This document shows positions 40,961-55,611 of a stretch of 64,000 nucleotides of DNA, piece after piece. The first letter of the stretch is position 1. Each line of letters opens with the position of its first letter. Where the stretch lies: the NCBI GenBank assembly GCA_964016885.1, contig OZ024740.1, positions 358,732,001 to 358,796,000 of the forward strand, written 5' to 3'. The stretch comes from Eledone cirrhosa (Eukaryota). The notes under the pieces were generated by a model. It searched no databases. It was not told where the DNA came from and saw nothing but the letters and a program-made list of their open reading frames with translations. The position numbers and the translations under genes were made by a program.

Positions 40961-43611
40961 ATTTATTAATGTATGGACAGTTATATGACCTCCTTTTCAG
41001 CCGAGAGACAATAGATCAATATTAAACTCTATCTCTAAGGGGGTGTCCAATAGAATCTCTAGTCTGTCCTATGACGCAAACATATTTAGCAAAAACTCAC
41101 AATATTACAATCAAGCATTAGCTAGCTCCGGCCATAATATAGAAATTGAGTTCCTACCTAAGAAAACACATAGCTACAACATCATCTCGCACAACATGTC
41201 CATGAGGAAATCTAATAATAGGAATAGCAACCACAAGTACACCAAAGCGGAGGGTGCCACCGGAAGTAACCATTACCATGGAAACTACTGTGAGGCCTTA
41301 GGAGGAAGCAACACACCAAACACTAAAAGCAAAAATAGAAGAAGAAATAATACATTTTTCAACCCTCCTTTCAACCTAAATGTCTCCACCAACATACCTA
41401 GGGCTTTCTTCTCACTACTAGATAAAAACTTCCCTCTAGGACACAAGTACCACAACCTCTTAAACAAAAACACCATTAAAATCTCATACTCTACGACGCC
41501 TAACTTAGCATACCACATAGCTAGCAGCAATAATAGTAAAATTAGTTCTTACTTCCAACAAACAAAATCACAACGGGATGCAAACCCTCTAAATACCACT
41601 GTAGCAAGCAACAATAGCAACGGCAGTAACAATAGAAATAACACTAGTATAAGTAATAACACCAGGGTTGTCAACCCGAACACCCAAAATCCTATATCCA
41701 CCACACAGACTTCCGCATTGCATTATAACCAGCGGACTAACGCACAGAATAATTGTAACTGTAGAGCTAATAGAACCTGCCCTTTAGATAAAAAATGCCT
41801 AACCAAGGATGTCATATACTCATGCACAGTCACGAGAAACCTATGTAGGCTCCACTTCTAACTGCTTCAAAATCAGATATAACTCGCACATCCACTCGTT
41901 CAAAAAGCACAGCCTAGCCAACTCCACCTCACTTTCTAGCTACATACACTATCTAAAATCTAAAAATAAACCATACACACTCAAATGGGAAGTGATAGGC
42001 AGCGCGACCTCGTACAAACCACCTAATAAATTCTGTAACCTCTGTATACTAGAGACACACAATATTATCTTCTCCAACCGTAACCTACTTAACAAAAAAT
42101 CTGAGGTGTTTGCAACTTGCCAGCACCGCCTCAGACATTCCTTCCAAAACTTTAAGCCCTATATATAGCAATGTCGGACTGGAACCTAACACCACATCTA
42201 GCATCAAACACCAGAGACACACCCTATACTACATACCCAACACTAGCTGATCCATTATAACACAAACAACGACATCCCTCTGGAACCCTTCGCAGGGAAA
42301 ATACCCATTTATACCTCTACGGCAGGTGTGACAACATCCACCCACTTGGACGGCACTACACCGCTCTAAGGGTAATTTGAGCATGAATTGATCGGTTGGA
42401 TGGTGTTGGGCAGAGGAAACACCTTCCTTAGACAGATGTAAAATGATTTAATCGAGTAGCGCTGTTGACCAGTAGGACCGGGCTGCTGAGCGCAGTGAGT
42501 GAATGCAATGCAACTGCCGTGCGGGTTGTACGTATATGGATGATCTGACGGTCAGAGAGGGGTCGCGAGGACTGCGGATTGACCTTTGGCCTGCCTGGGG
42601 ACGATTATCTTTCGACATCCAATGTAGCAAGCGATGACCCAGATCTTACCAGAGATCATTGGGTCCTGAAGCAATCCTGCAATCACCGCGCCTGGTCATA
42701 TGAGCAGACTACAACCACAGAGATCATTAATTTAGAATCCTCGCTCATCATCTATAATTTCCATTTGTAGCACCTTAAGATGGGTTAATCCACCTTAATA
42801 ATAATATGATCACCTTCAGCATAATTTAGTTAAACTACTCTATAGTTAGTACACTTTATGCTTTAAAAGTCTCTCTTGGAAGGTGCACCTCACCATAGAA
42901 TTTAGGGTCTATATTGGGACACATTTTAATGGCTAGATATAGAAACCCCAGAGTTACCTCCCCGCATGCATTAACTCCCCTTAGCCACACACACACTTCC
43001 GGTATTCAATGGCGTTTCTCGAAACGTAACAACCTCCTGTATCGAACTAAAGAACACCAGACTACGATCTCTAACTGGATTGTCGTGGATTATGTGAAAG
43101 GCATATAATCGAAATATACACTCCCTTGACCATGAAAATGCCGAAGTACATGAATTACTTGACATCCCTGCGCTGTGCATCTCCAATACTTATAACACTT
43201 TTAATGCTTGCACTATCTTTAATGCTTATAATATTTCTCCACACACAGACTATATCAATCATATAAAGTCTTTGCCACCAGATCTACCAACCTAACACTC
43301 TTATTTACCTACCTAAGTGCCTCTACCACACATATCTCTCTGCCACACTATATAAACAAGACGCACATGCGTGCCACACATATAACATTTGCACTATATA
43401 ACCACTTATCTTCATGTTGTATTTTAACCTATATCTTTGATTTTTGATTGTACCTATTAATATAAATGTAATCTCGAAGTGTGTACTGCCACTCTAAATT
43501 CTGTAATGAATGTTGACCCACAATGTTTGAATATGTATCAATGTTTGAATATGTATTGGTATGTCTCTCGGCTGAAAAGGAGGTCATATAACTGTCCATA
43601 CATTAATAAAT

Positions 43612-43658
43612 TGCTCCGAAGAATCCAAACCTCGGTTTGGAGGAAACAGCTGTAAGCA
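43612..43658 (+). ncRNA. Type I HHR with U4-to-C core variant
   Basis: TGCT/AGCA; CCGAAGA; TCCAAAC/GTTTGGA; GAAA; palindrome ACAGCTGT; GUA. Confidence 0.8.
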
Positions 43659-43861
43659 CAATAATGTTTTGAACAGTTCTTTGATTCTTATATTTCATAT
43701 AACTGCTCTGTAAATCATCCGATGTTTTTACATTGAGCTACTTAACTTACTGGTAATAAGGTAGTAATACATTACTGCCTACCACTATTTAGGGTGTGTG
43801 TAAAATACTTACAACTGCTTAAGGTTTTGTGTTTACATAACCATAAATAGTATAACTAATA

Positions 43862-45134
<1,273 letters not shown>

Positions 45135-45548
45135 ACATGCGTCCCTTAGCGCCTTGTGCATGAAGGAACACATATCCTATTATTACTACTCTCCCCTATT
45201 GTTGAGAGACAAATTGGGTCGATCCGACTGCTGCTAGTGATAGTTGCGGCCGGTTTGACCTACCTCCCTCTGCCTCTATCTTTACTTCGGCCCTTGAAAA
45301 AATTGATTCCACATCATTCACTCTCATCCCAGGAACAGTTTTGGATAGCGCTAGTTCGTAATTTAAATTCAAGAATTTTATATTCTTCGAATGAAAAGAA
45401 CCTTCTGACGAGAATCTTTCTTTGCAACGAAGGCCGTATGGTCTCCGTTTATTTTGGGGATTCGAAACCGATCGGTAAAGGTAACTATAGCAGGAAAGTC
45501 AATTTTTAAAAATTTATTTTGAAATTTTTTCATTATTTGCTAAACCTT

Positions 45549-45551
<3 letters not shown>
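45135..45551 (+). mobile_element. Non-coding HHR-bearing insertion between (TA)n tracts
   Basis: Unique GC-richer island containing an intact HHR. Confidence 0.7.
45400..45482 (+). ncRNA. Intact canonical type I hammerhead ribozyme
   Basis: ACCTT/AAGGT; CTGACGA; GAATCTT/GGGATTC; GAAA; palindrome ACCGATCGGT; GUA site at 45477. Confidence 0.92.
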
Positions 45552-45622
<71 letters not shown>

Positions 45623-45624
45623 TA

Positions 45625-47856
45625 CTAGGGAGAGGATCAGGGGTGTATAACACTCCACTTATCCAGCAGGCAGTATAAGGTTAGCTCAATGTCTGAGGAC
45701 AGAGCCGTGATATAATAAATAACAAAGAACAAATAACTTTCGTATTCTACAACCCCAAATCTGGCCTCTCATCTGGCCATTACTAATAATAAGAAAATAA
45801 AGGAAGGCCTGGACAACCTAAGCCTAGGGGAAAACACGGTAGTGGACAGAGTGGGCAGAAACACAAGCGGTGATCATTCTGAGAATAGCATCACCAGAGG
45901 TTGTAACTGTAGAAGGGCTTCAGGCTGCCCCTGAATGGTTTCTGCCTTGTTAGAAACATAGTTTATGCGTGTGATGTAGTAACTACGGCGTCCACTAAGA
46001 CCTATATAGGATCAACCTCCACCCCCTTTAAGACCAGGTTTAACTCTCACCAATGCACTTTTAGACATAATAAACTGAGGAACTCCACCTCCTTGGCAGC
46101 GTACGTCCATAATTTAAAAAATGCACGAACACATTACACACTTACTTGGCGGCATGTTGCTAAATCCCATCCATATACTCCTCATAATAGAGTATGTAAC
46201 CTATGCCTTGCCGAATCCCACTCTATTATATTTGCTAAATGCCCTCTACTAAATAGAAAGTCTGAAATATTTTCCTCTTGCCCCCACCGAATATTAAGCT
46301 CTTTCTTCTACTTTAAACCTGTTAGCTAGCACTTCCTTATTCCTCCAGTTGGGCTGTCTTGTGTAACTGTCTCTGATTGTGTGTAACTGTCTCCTATTGT
46401 TGGTCGTCTATGTATATGAGTCGGTGAATGTATACGTATGCCTGTGGGAGGATATTGATCTGGATATTGGGGTGTACAGGTGAGTGGGTGTGTATGTTAA
46501 TAAGCACCCCTGTTTGGCACAGCGGATGTAACCCATCCACGCTCGCCTACCCACCATTGGTGCATTGGTGGGTCTATCCTGACGTATATCTTGTGGATCT
46601 GTACCTCTGTATGCGCATGAGTTGTGATGTAATGTATTTATGTAAAGAGTGTACTGTGATTTAGGCTGCACTAATAGAAATTTAGCCTGTAACTGTGGGC
46701 GGACCTGTGCCATCCCGCCGTAAGCAGTGGATACGTGGCGCATGTACGTGTTGCCCTCATATTCTGTGGTTTAAGATCTACAGGCTGACTTCTGGGAGCT
46801 CTTGCTCGGGGTTGTAGTCTTTCTAGCACGATCGGCCTTCCATATATTGACGGTCGTTGTTATGATCCCGAAAGTAACGTTTTGGCCCCGATAGCCCTCC
46901 GTAGTTACTAACGGTCTGTGTACACTTGAATCGGGCAATGGCACGTGCGGACACGATTATCTCCGTAGGATTTTAACTTTATTTTACTACATCTCATCGT
47001 ATGTATTTGTTTTGAATGTATTATCTGTGGTGGTGGGTCTGGCCTAATGTGGTATTTCGGTGTTTAATATCAGCTTTGACCCGGGTGTCCTACGCTGTGT
47101 GTGTGTGCGTGTGTGTCCGTGTATACATTTATATGTGTATGGGTGTAGGTGGCTGTATATGTCTGTATATATAAAAAAAAATATATATATATATGTATAC
47201 CGTCTCTGCATATGCATGTGGTGTGTATATGTGCATATACGTGCTGAACATATTGATGTGTACAATCTTGTGATGTCCCAATGCGGTGACTTCATGGCTC
47301 TTGAAGCTATTTTTTATATATCTTCTGTCTTTTTATATATCTTTTGTATGCGCTCCAACTGTGTCTGCTTGCTTTGGCTAACCCGCCTGCACTTCGCTTG
47401 CTAATGTACGTGAATTCTCCTACCTTCCTTCGATGCACCTCTCTCTGACCATTGGACTCCTGCCCGGGTGTGAACCGGTTTGTGATTACCCCACCGCTCA
47501 ACTGTGTGAATGCACACCCGCGACTTTCGAGTGAACTTTTGAGACTGCCCAACCTGGGACGCCTCCATTGCCTTGCAATGGTCAAGTGATACTGGTGACT
47601 GTGACACTTAGTGCCTTCGTGGGCCCCTGATATTTTCAAGAAATATATTTTTAAAAAATGGCCAAGTGATACACATAACTGTGACACTTAGTGCCTTCGT
47701 GGGCCCCTGATATATTCAAGAGATATATTCTAAAAAAATATATATCTTATCTCAATTTACTTTATTTCATTTTATTTTATTTTATTTCATTTCATGTTAT
47801 CTAATTTTATTTATTTACTTATTTAATTCCATTTATTTATTTATTTATTTATTTAC

Positions 47857-47896
<40 letters not shown>

Positions 47897-48408
47897 ATTT
47901 AATTTTAATTTTAATTTTAATTTTAATTTTAATTTTATTTATTTATTTAATTTTATTTATTTATTTATTCATTTATTTAATTTAATTACATTTAATTGTA
48001 TCTTATAATTATATCTTATATTATATTATTTTAATTTAGTCTATTTTATTTTATTTTAGTTTACCTTATTTTATCTTATTTTATCTTATTTTATGATTAT
48101 ATTATATTATGTTCTATTTTATATAATTTTAATTTTAATTTTATATTATTTTATCTCATTCCTTACCCTGTATCACTATTGACTGTATATTTTATATTTT
48201 ATATGTAAGTTTGTTATGTATTTCTTTATATTTTCTTATATATATTATAAGTCTGTTTTTCACCTATTTTTTACCTACTCTTACCTAATCCTATCTATCT
48301 TATCTACTCTTGTCTACTCTTGTCTGTTCTCTTATCCATGTGTATGCTTGTATGTTGACAGCACCCCGCCCAACTGTGACTGATAGCACCCCTTATTTTT
48401 CATTGTTT
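45625..48408 (+). mobile_element. 5'-truncated PLE: GIY-YIG fragment and >2-kb 3' region running into the gap
   Basis: CNCRRASGCP.., NIVYAC..TYIGSTSTPFKTRFNSH, CNLCLAE..LLNRKSEIFSSCPH; stop at 46329. Confidence 0.85.
47577..47738. repeat. Two-copy tandem repeat, 80-bp period
   Basis: ACTGTGACACTTAGTGCCTTCGTGGGCCCCTGATAT repeated at 80-bp spacing. Confidence 0.9.
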
Positions 48409-48608
48409 NNNNNNNNNNNNNNNNNNNNNNNNNNNNNNNNNNNNNNNNNNNNNNNNNNNNNNNNNNNNNNNNNNNNNNNNNNNNNNNNNNNNNNNNNNNN
48501 NNNNNNNNNNNNNNNNNNNNNNNNNNNNNNNNNNNNNNNNNNNNNNNNNNNNNNNNNNNNNNNNNNNNNNNNNNNNNNNNNNNNNNNNNNNNNNNNNNNN
48601 NNNNNNNN
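48409..48608. other. Assembly gap (200 N)
   Basis: Run of N. Confidence 1.
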
Positions 48609-49361
48609 AGTCGGATGATCCCATAGTAATGTCAAAATTGCTATCTCTATCTGCTCTGGTCCATAGTTGGTCATTAAATTCTATCAAAGTTTTCCTAGCC
48701 GATAATATAATATGCATTTCATTGCTAGTTAGGTCAGTATGTTTGAATGCGTAATTTAGTGCCTTATTTAGTAGATTAGGGGTAATAGAAGAATAATAGT
48801 TAGCTATATCAAGTTGAATAAACTTATTATTATTGTTATATTTAATTTGCTTAAACCACTCAACAACCTCTCCAGTTCCCTTCCACAAGCTCAGGTTAGA
48901 TAAACAATCCAAGTTCTTAATTTGCTGTATCACCCTGTCAAGAATGTTTTTGCTTAATTTGCCCAGGTCCGATTTTGATGGTGCGATCAATCTAACTGGC
49001 AAGTCATTTTCAAAATTCCTCTTGTGATCTTTCATATTGATCTTCGGTTTCCTGGGCACGAAAGGTTGTGTTCTGTTCTCAATTTCCAACTCGTGCATTA
49101 TACAAGATGCTTCGACATTCATTTTCTCAAGCTCGGCCTTATCTGCTACCTTGTACTTTTTCCTCAGCTCCTTCAGTATGAGGCCATTATACATGTCTTT
49201 CTGCACTCCATAGAGGTTGTTGGTCTTGTCAGATTTCACCAAGATCTTCTCAGTTTTCTCTAAGCTCTCAATGTTATCCTTAATGCCTTTCAGATATTCC
49301 TGGCCTTTGAAGTTTCTCTTGAATTTGACCCCTTGTATGATAGAAATTATATCGTTTTCAT
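48609..49361 (-). mobile_element. PLE RT N-terminal fragment, inverted relative to its downstream part
   Basis: KSDKTNNLY, KDHKRNFEN..VRLIAPSKSDLGK, FIQLDIANYYSSI, FDITMGSSD; near-identical to 54180-54584. Confidence 0.92.
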
Positions 49362-51172
49362 TTAAAAATATAGTATACAATTGTAATGTTAATACTGACT
49401 CTAATTCTTTTAACTACGTCGGTTCCACATCGACGGAATTTAAACTTCGCTATAATAACCACAAGAATTCTTTCACAGATCCAAGCAAAAAGTCTTCAAC
49501 GGCACTATCAGGCGTACTCTGGCAACTTAAGCTAGATAACGTTAGATATTCGACGGCTTGGAATATAGTCTCAAGAGGGATTCCTTTTAATTCATCCTCT
49601 GAGACATGTGACCTCTGCGCAGAGGAGATATTCTTTATACTAAAATCTAAAAATTCCCTTAATCTACGGACAAATTTATTCAGTTGCTGCAAACATAGAT
49701 TAAACTCAACGTTTAAATATAAATTTAAATTTAAAATGTAGTATATTTAGTTTGATTTATAATTATATGGGAAACTAGCCGATAAATCTTTGATTTCTTC
49801 TTTTTCTTCTTTTTATTTTTATTTTTATTTAAACATTCTTCATGAAAAATTAAGCTACCCTAAAAGTTGATGCTCCAAATATTTCGAATAAACGTTACAC
49901 TAGATAAACTTCTATATTAAATATAAGAACACATGTAGACCAAATGGGCATCCTAAACCTTTTGAAATGATCTTTGCTAGATGCGATTTGATAGATAATT
50001 TTTGGCTTTATCTGCTTTTCGACTCTGATGCTTATAATGAACTTGGCAATATATTGTCAATTAATTTTGAAGGGTTGATCTTTGTGGTTTATTTTTATTT
50101 TTCTTATTGTAGTATTTTCTAATATTTTTATTTTTAATTTTTTTAATATGTAATATTTTTAATATGTAATATTCTTTCGTAATATTTTTTAGTTTTCTAT
50201 TTTATTATTACTTATTATTATTATTGTTATTTTTTAGTTTTGTTTCTGATATATATTTTTATTAGTATATTGAAATCTGCTCTTTATTTCTGCTTGATAG
50301 ATAATCTTGTAGAGTAAAGACAGGAATAGTAGTAATATTGACTCTATATATATTTGTGTGTATATATATACACATATATGTATACTTAAATTTTTATACC
50401 ACAATGAGAATGTTTTCCGTGAACTTAGGGTTTGCAGAGTTGATCATGTAAATTCACATAGATGTTTGTAGTTATCACATATGAATTTTTAAAAAACTAA
50501 ACATAAGATCTTTACTTTTCACACATTATGGGTACATGTCTCATTCAGGAATACTGATATTTACAGTATAGTGGCTGGTTTTTATACATACATTAAAACA
50601 TAGGGTTTTTACGCCTCGCCTATGTCTGGTTATTTTTAAATTTTTCTCTCTATATAACAGCTGGTTTCTCTCCATATATCTCCCTTACATTAATACTAGA
50701 GCTAAATAAATAAATAAATGTATCATTGATACGTTTACTCAACGGACGTCCCACTACCTAGTTTTCTATATATATATATCTATCTCTTTTTCCTCTCTCT
50801 CTCTATATATATATATATATCTCTGTTTCTTTACATGAAGTTCTTCTCTTTATCTATCTTTCCATCTCTCTATTTTGTTCCATGCATTTCTTCTTTTTCT
50901 TCTTTTTTCTTCTTTTTCTTCGTTTTCTATCTTTCTTTCCTTTTTTTCTCTCTTTCTTTCTCTCTGTGTACAATTTTTTCACTGCCAATTCAACTTTTTC
51001 AAATACAAGTCGATGTTGTTACGGTATGTCAAATCTATTTATCTATAAAACTGTTTATATTGTATTTTGTCTGAGGAAGGCATAGCATATTGTTAATATG
51101 ATATCCCTGAAATATGTATAATGAAATAAATATGGTTTTATAAATATAGTTTCCATTTATTTAATATTGTAT
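49362..51172 (+). mobile_element. PLE GIY-YIG fragment, 3' UTR and pLTR
   Basis: NIVYNC..NYVGSTSTEFKLRYNNH..CDLCAEE; reverse-complement homology to 51222-53317. Confidence 0.92.
51071..51118 (+). ncRNA. HHR-like core in pLTR; family copies at 51282-51323 (-) and 55155-55200 (+)
   Basis: CTGA(G/T)GA-AGG-catagcatattgttaatatgatatc-CC(T/C)-GAAA-tat(a/g)ta; stem I poorly defined. Confidence 0.55.
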
Positions 51173-51221
51173 ATATATATATATATTAATATATATATAT
51201 ATTAATATATATATATATATA

Positions 51222-51687
51222 TACAATATTAAATAAATGGAAAACTATATTTATAAAACCATATTTATTTCATTATATATATTTCGGGGATATCATATTA
51301 ACAATATGCTATGCCTTCATCAGACAAAATACAATATAAACAGTTTTATAGATAAATATATTCGACATACCGTAATAAACATCAACTTCATTTGAAGAGG
51401 TTTACGCTAGCAGTGAAAATACAGAGAGAAAGAAAGAGAGAAAGAAAAGAGGGAAAAAAAGAAAGAAAGACAAGACGAAGAAAAGGAAGAAAAAGAAGAA
51501 AAAGAAAAAGAAGAAATGCATGGGACAAAATAGAGAGATGGAAAATAGATAAAGCGAAGAGCTTCATGTAAAGAGACAGAAAGATATATATATATATAGA
51601 GAGAGAGGAAATAGAGATAGATACATATATATATATAGAAAATTAGGTAGTGGGAGGTCATTTTGAGTAATTGTATCAATGATACAT

Positions 51688-51722
<35 letters not shown>

Positions 51723-54585
51723 TATATTTATTTAGCTCAAGTATTAATGTAAGGGAGATATATAGAGAGATATAGAGAGATATATATAGAGAAAAAAAAA
51801 TTTAAAAATAGCCAGGCATATTCGAGGCGTAGAAAACCCCATGTTTTAATGTATTAGTATTTATAAAACTTACACTATATTGTAAATATCAGTATTCCTG
51901 AATGAAACAAGTATTCACAATGTGTGAAAATTCATTATCTTATGTTTAGTTTTAAAAAATTCATATGTTTATGTGACAGCTACAAACATAAATGTGAATC
52001 CAACTGATTCACTCCGCAAACTCTAAGTTACCGGAAAACATTCTCAATGTGGTATAAAAATTTGAGCGTATTATTATTCTTGCGATTACTCTACAAGATT
52101 ATCTATCAAGCAGAAATAGAGAGCAGATTTCAATATACTAATCGAAAATATATATTATATTATAAACAAAGATAACAATAATAATAATAATAAGTAAAAA
52201 TATATAAAAAATTTAGAATAGAAAACTAAAAAAATATTACGAAAGAATATTACATAGTAAAAATATTGCATATTAAAAATACTACGTATTAAAAAATATT
52301 ACGTATTAAAAATTTACATATAAAAATATTAAAAATAATTAAAAAATAAAATAAAAAATAAAAATATTATAGAATACTACAATACTAAAAGAACAAAAAT
52401 AAAAATAAAAATAAAAATAAAAATAAAAATAAAAATAAAAATAAAAATAAAAATAAAAATAAAAATAAAAATAAAAATAAAAATAAAAATAAAAATAAAA
52501 ATAAAAATAAAAATAAAAATAAAAATAAAAATAAAAATAAAAATAAAAATAAAAATGAAAATAAAAAATAAACCACAAAGAACAACCCTTCAAAGTTAAT
52601 TGACAATATATTGCCAAGTTCATTACAAGACAAAGCCAAAAATTATCTATCAAATCACATCTAGCAAAGAATATCGCAAAAAGATTATGATGTCCAATAA
52701 TGTCTACATATGTTCCTATATTTAATATAGAAGTTTATCTAGTGTAAGGTTAATTCAAAAAAATTTGGAGCATCGGCTTTTAGGGTAGCTTAATTTTTCA
52801 TGAGGAATGTTTAGATAAAAATAAAAATAAATTAAATAAAATAAACAATAAAAAGAGTAAAAAGAGGGAATCAAGGATTTAGGAATCAAAAGATTTATCG
52901 GCTAGTTCTCATATAAATATAAATCAAACTAAATATACTACATTTTAAATTTAAATTTATATTTAAACGTTGAGTTTAATCAATGTTTGCAACAACTGAA
53001 TAAATTTGTCCGTAGGTTAAGGGAATTTTTAGATTTTAGTATAAAGAATATCTCCCCTGCGCAGAGGTCACATGTCTCAGAGGATGAATTAAAAGGAATC
53101 CCTCTTGAGACTATATTCCAAGCCGTCGAATATCTAACGTTATCTAGCTTAAGTTGCCAGAGTACCCCTGATAGTGCCGTTGAAGATTTTTTATTTGGAT
53201 CTGTGAAAGAATTCTTGTGGTTATTATAGCGAAGTTTAAATTCCGTCGATGTGGAACCGACGTAGTTAAAAGAATTAGAGTCAGTATTAACATTACAATT
53301 GTATACTATATTTTTAACTAAGCAGTTGTTATTTAACGGACATTTAGATCTATCTCTACAGTTACATTTGTTAACTTGTATATTATTTATGCTATTATCA
53401 GTAGGTTTTAAGTTCCTATTATTTATTCTATTAATATTTTGTGCTAAATTTTTGGTGGATGAGTAGGTTAATTTAATTGTATGCCTATTGAAGATTGAGT
53501 GATACCTATGTGTTCTAGGGAAGCGATTATCAAGAGCTTTGAAAAATAATTTAGCGATGTGGGTTTTAATGTTTAGTGAGAAAGGGGGGCAAACCAAATT
53601 ATGTTCCTAGTTCTATTTCTTTTTTGTCCTTTGGAATTATTGTAATGCTTTCTATTATAGTTGTTAATGTTGTTGCCGTAATTAAAAAAGTTGTTACTTT
53701 GTTTAGTTTGTCTATCATTATCTATGTACACAATCTTATCAGCATACCCTGCCCTAGCTAGTGCATCATTATAGTATTGGGCCTTTTCGTCAAAAATCTT
53801 TCTATTCGACGAGATCCTAGAGATACGTTTTTGGACTGAGTTTACTATAGTGTTTTTGACAGATCTGGGGTGGTTAGAGTTAAAGTTGACATAGTTTAAG
53901 TTTTCATTCAACTTGTGAAAAGGATAGTGGAGACATGTGTTGAGATTTAATGTTATATCTAGGAAATTGACTATTCTATGGTTGTTCTCAATTTCTATTT
54001 TAAGATTAAAGTAATTAAAAAATTTTGTAATTTGTTTACATTTTCTATTTAGTTCAGGGTTATTATTATTAATAAGTAAAAGCATTTCATCCCTATATAA
54101 ACCTCCGGTAGTACCAGGTATTTTCCTATGTAGCGAATTGATTAAAAATAAGCCCACAAGGTCAGTTACCTGAGCTGAGTCGGAAGATCCCATAGTTATG
54201 TCAAAATTGCTATCTCTATCTGCTCTGGTCCATAATTTGTCATTAAATTCTATCAAAGTTTTCCTAGCCGATAATATAATATGCATTTCTTTGCTAGTTA
54301 GGTCCGTATGTTTGAATGCGTAATTTAGTGCCTTATTTAGTAGACTAGGGGTAATAGAAGAATAATAGTTAGCTATATCAAGTTGAATAAACCTATTATT
54401 ATTGTCATATTTAATTTGCCTAAACCACTCAACAACCTCTCCAGTTCCCTTCCACAAGCTCAGGTTAGATACACAATCCAAGTTCTTAATTTGCAGTATC
54501 ACCCTGTCAAGAATGTTTTTGCTTAATTTGCCCAGGTCCGATTTTGAAGGTGCGATCAATCTAACTGGCAGGTCATTTTCAAAAT
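51222..54585 (-). mobile_element. PLE, 5'-truncated: RT, thumb, CNC motif, GIY-YIG and 3' UTR; inactivated
   Basis: ORFs 53573-54559 (QLDIANYYSSI, MGSSDSA, GLYRDE, VNFLDITL, SNHP) and 52980-53597 (GIY-YIG). Frameshift near 53585 and premature TGA at 52980. Confidence 0.95.
52395..52570. repeat. (AAAAAT)n expansion inside the PLE 3' UTR
   Basis: Directly visible; only a few units at the homologous site near 50090. Confidence 0.9.
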
Positions 54586-55343
54586 GAATACTGATATTTA
54601 CAATATAGTGTAAGTTTTATAAATACTAATACATTAAAACATGGGGTTTTCTACGCCTCGAATATGTCTGGCTATTTTTAAATTTTTTTTTTCTCTCTCT
54701 ATATCTCTCTATATCTCTCTATATATCTCCCTTACATTAATACTTGATCTAAATAAATATATAAATAAATAAATAAATAAATAAATAAATGTATCATTGA
54801 TACAATTACTCAAAATGACCTCCCACTACCCAATTTTCTATATATATATATGTATCTATCTCTATTTCCTCTCTCTCTATATATATATATATCTTTCTGT
54901 CTCTTTACATGAAGCTCTTCGCTTTATCTATTTTTCCATCTCTCTATTTTGTCCCATGCATTTCTTCTTTTTCTTTTTCTTCTTTTTCTTCCTTTTCTTC
55001 GTCTTGTCTTTCTTTCTTTTTTTTCCCTCTTTTCTTTCTCTCTTTCTTTCTCTCTGTATTTTCACTGCTAGCGTAAACCTCTTCAAATGAAGTTGATGTT
55101 TATTACGGTATGTCGAATATATTTATCTATAAAACTGTTTATATTGTATTTTGTCTGGTGAAGGCATAGCATATTGTTAATATGATATCCCCGAAATATA
55201 TATAATGAAATAAATATGGTTTTATAAATATAGTTTTCCATTTATTTAATATTGTAAATATACTCCAAATATTTGTCGAGTGCTTTTATATCAGTTATAA
55301 ATATTTACTAGTTGTAACCGAATAATTTTAAATATAACTTTAC
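54586..55343 (+). mobile_element. Inverted pLTR of the 51222-54585 PLE
   Basis: 54586-55256 is the reverse complement of 51222-51897, with an extra extension of about 85 bp before (TA)n. Confidence 0.9.
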
Positions 55344-55496
55344 ATATATATATATATATATTAATATATATATATATTAAAATATATATATATATATTAA
55401 TATATATATATATATATTAATATATATATATATATATTAATATATATATATATATATTAATATATATATATATATATTAATATATATATATATATA

Positions 55497-55552
<56 letters not shown>

Positions 55553-55611
55553 TATATATGTATATATATATATATATATAAATATATATATATATTAATA
55601 TATATATATAT

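Larger units (their letters stand above)
40871..43860 (+). mobile_element. 5'-truncated PLE (thumb, CNC motif, GIY-YIG) with long 3' UTR and inverted pLTR
   Basis: FFNPPFNLNVSTNI..IKISYS, CNCRANRTCPL, TYVGSTSNCFKIRYNSH, CNLCILE; frameshift near 41838. 40871-41010 is the reverse complement of 43562-43701. Confidence 0.9.

Noticed and set aside
54085-54105. YRDE instead of YRDD in the PLE RT
   Set aside because: This copy also has a frameshift and a premature stop, so it is most simply decay.
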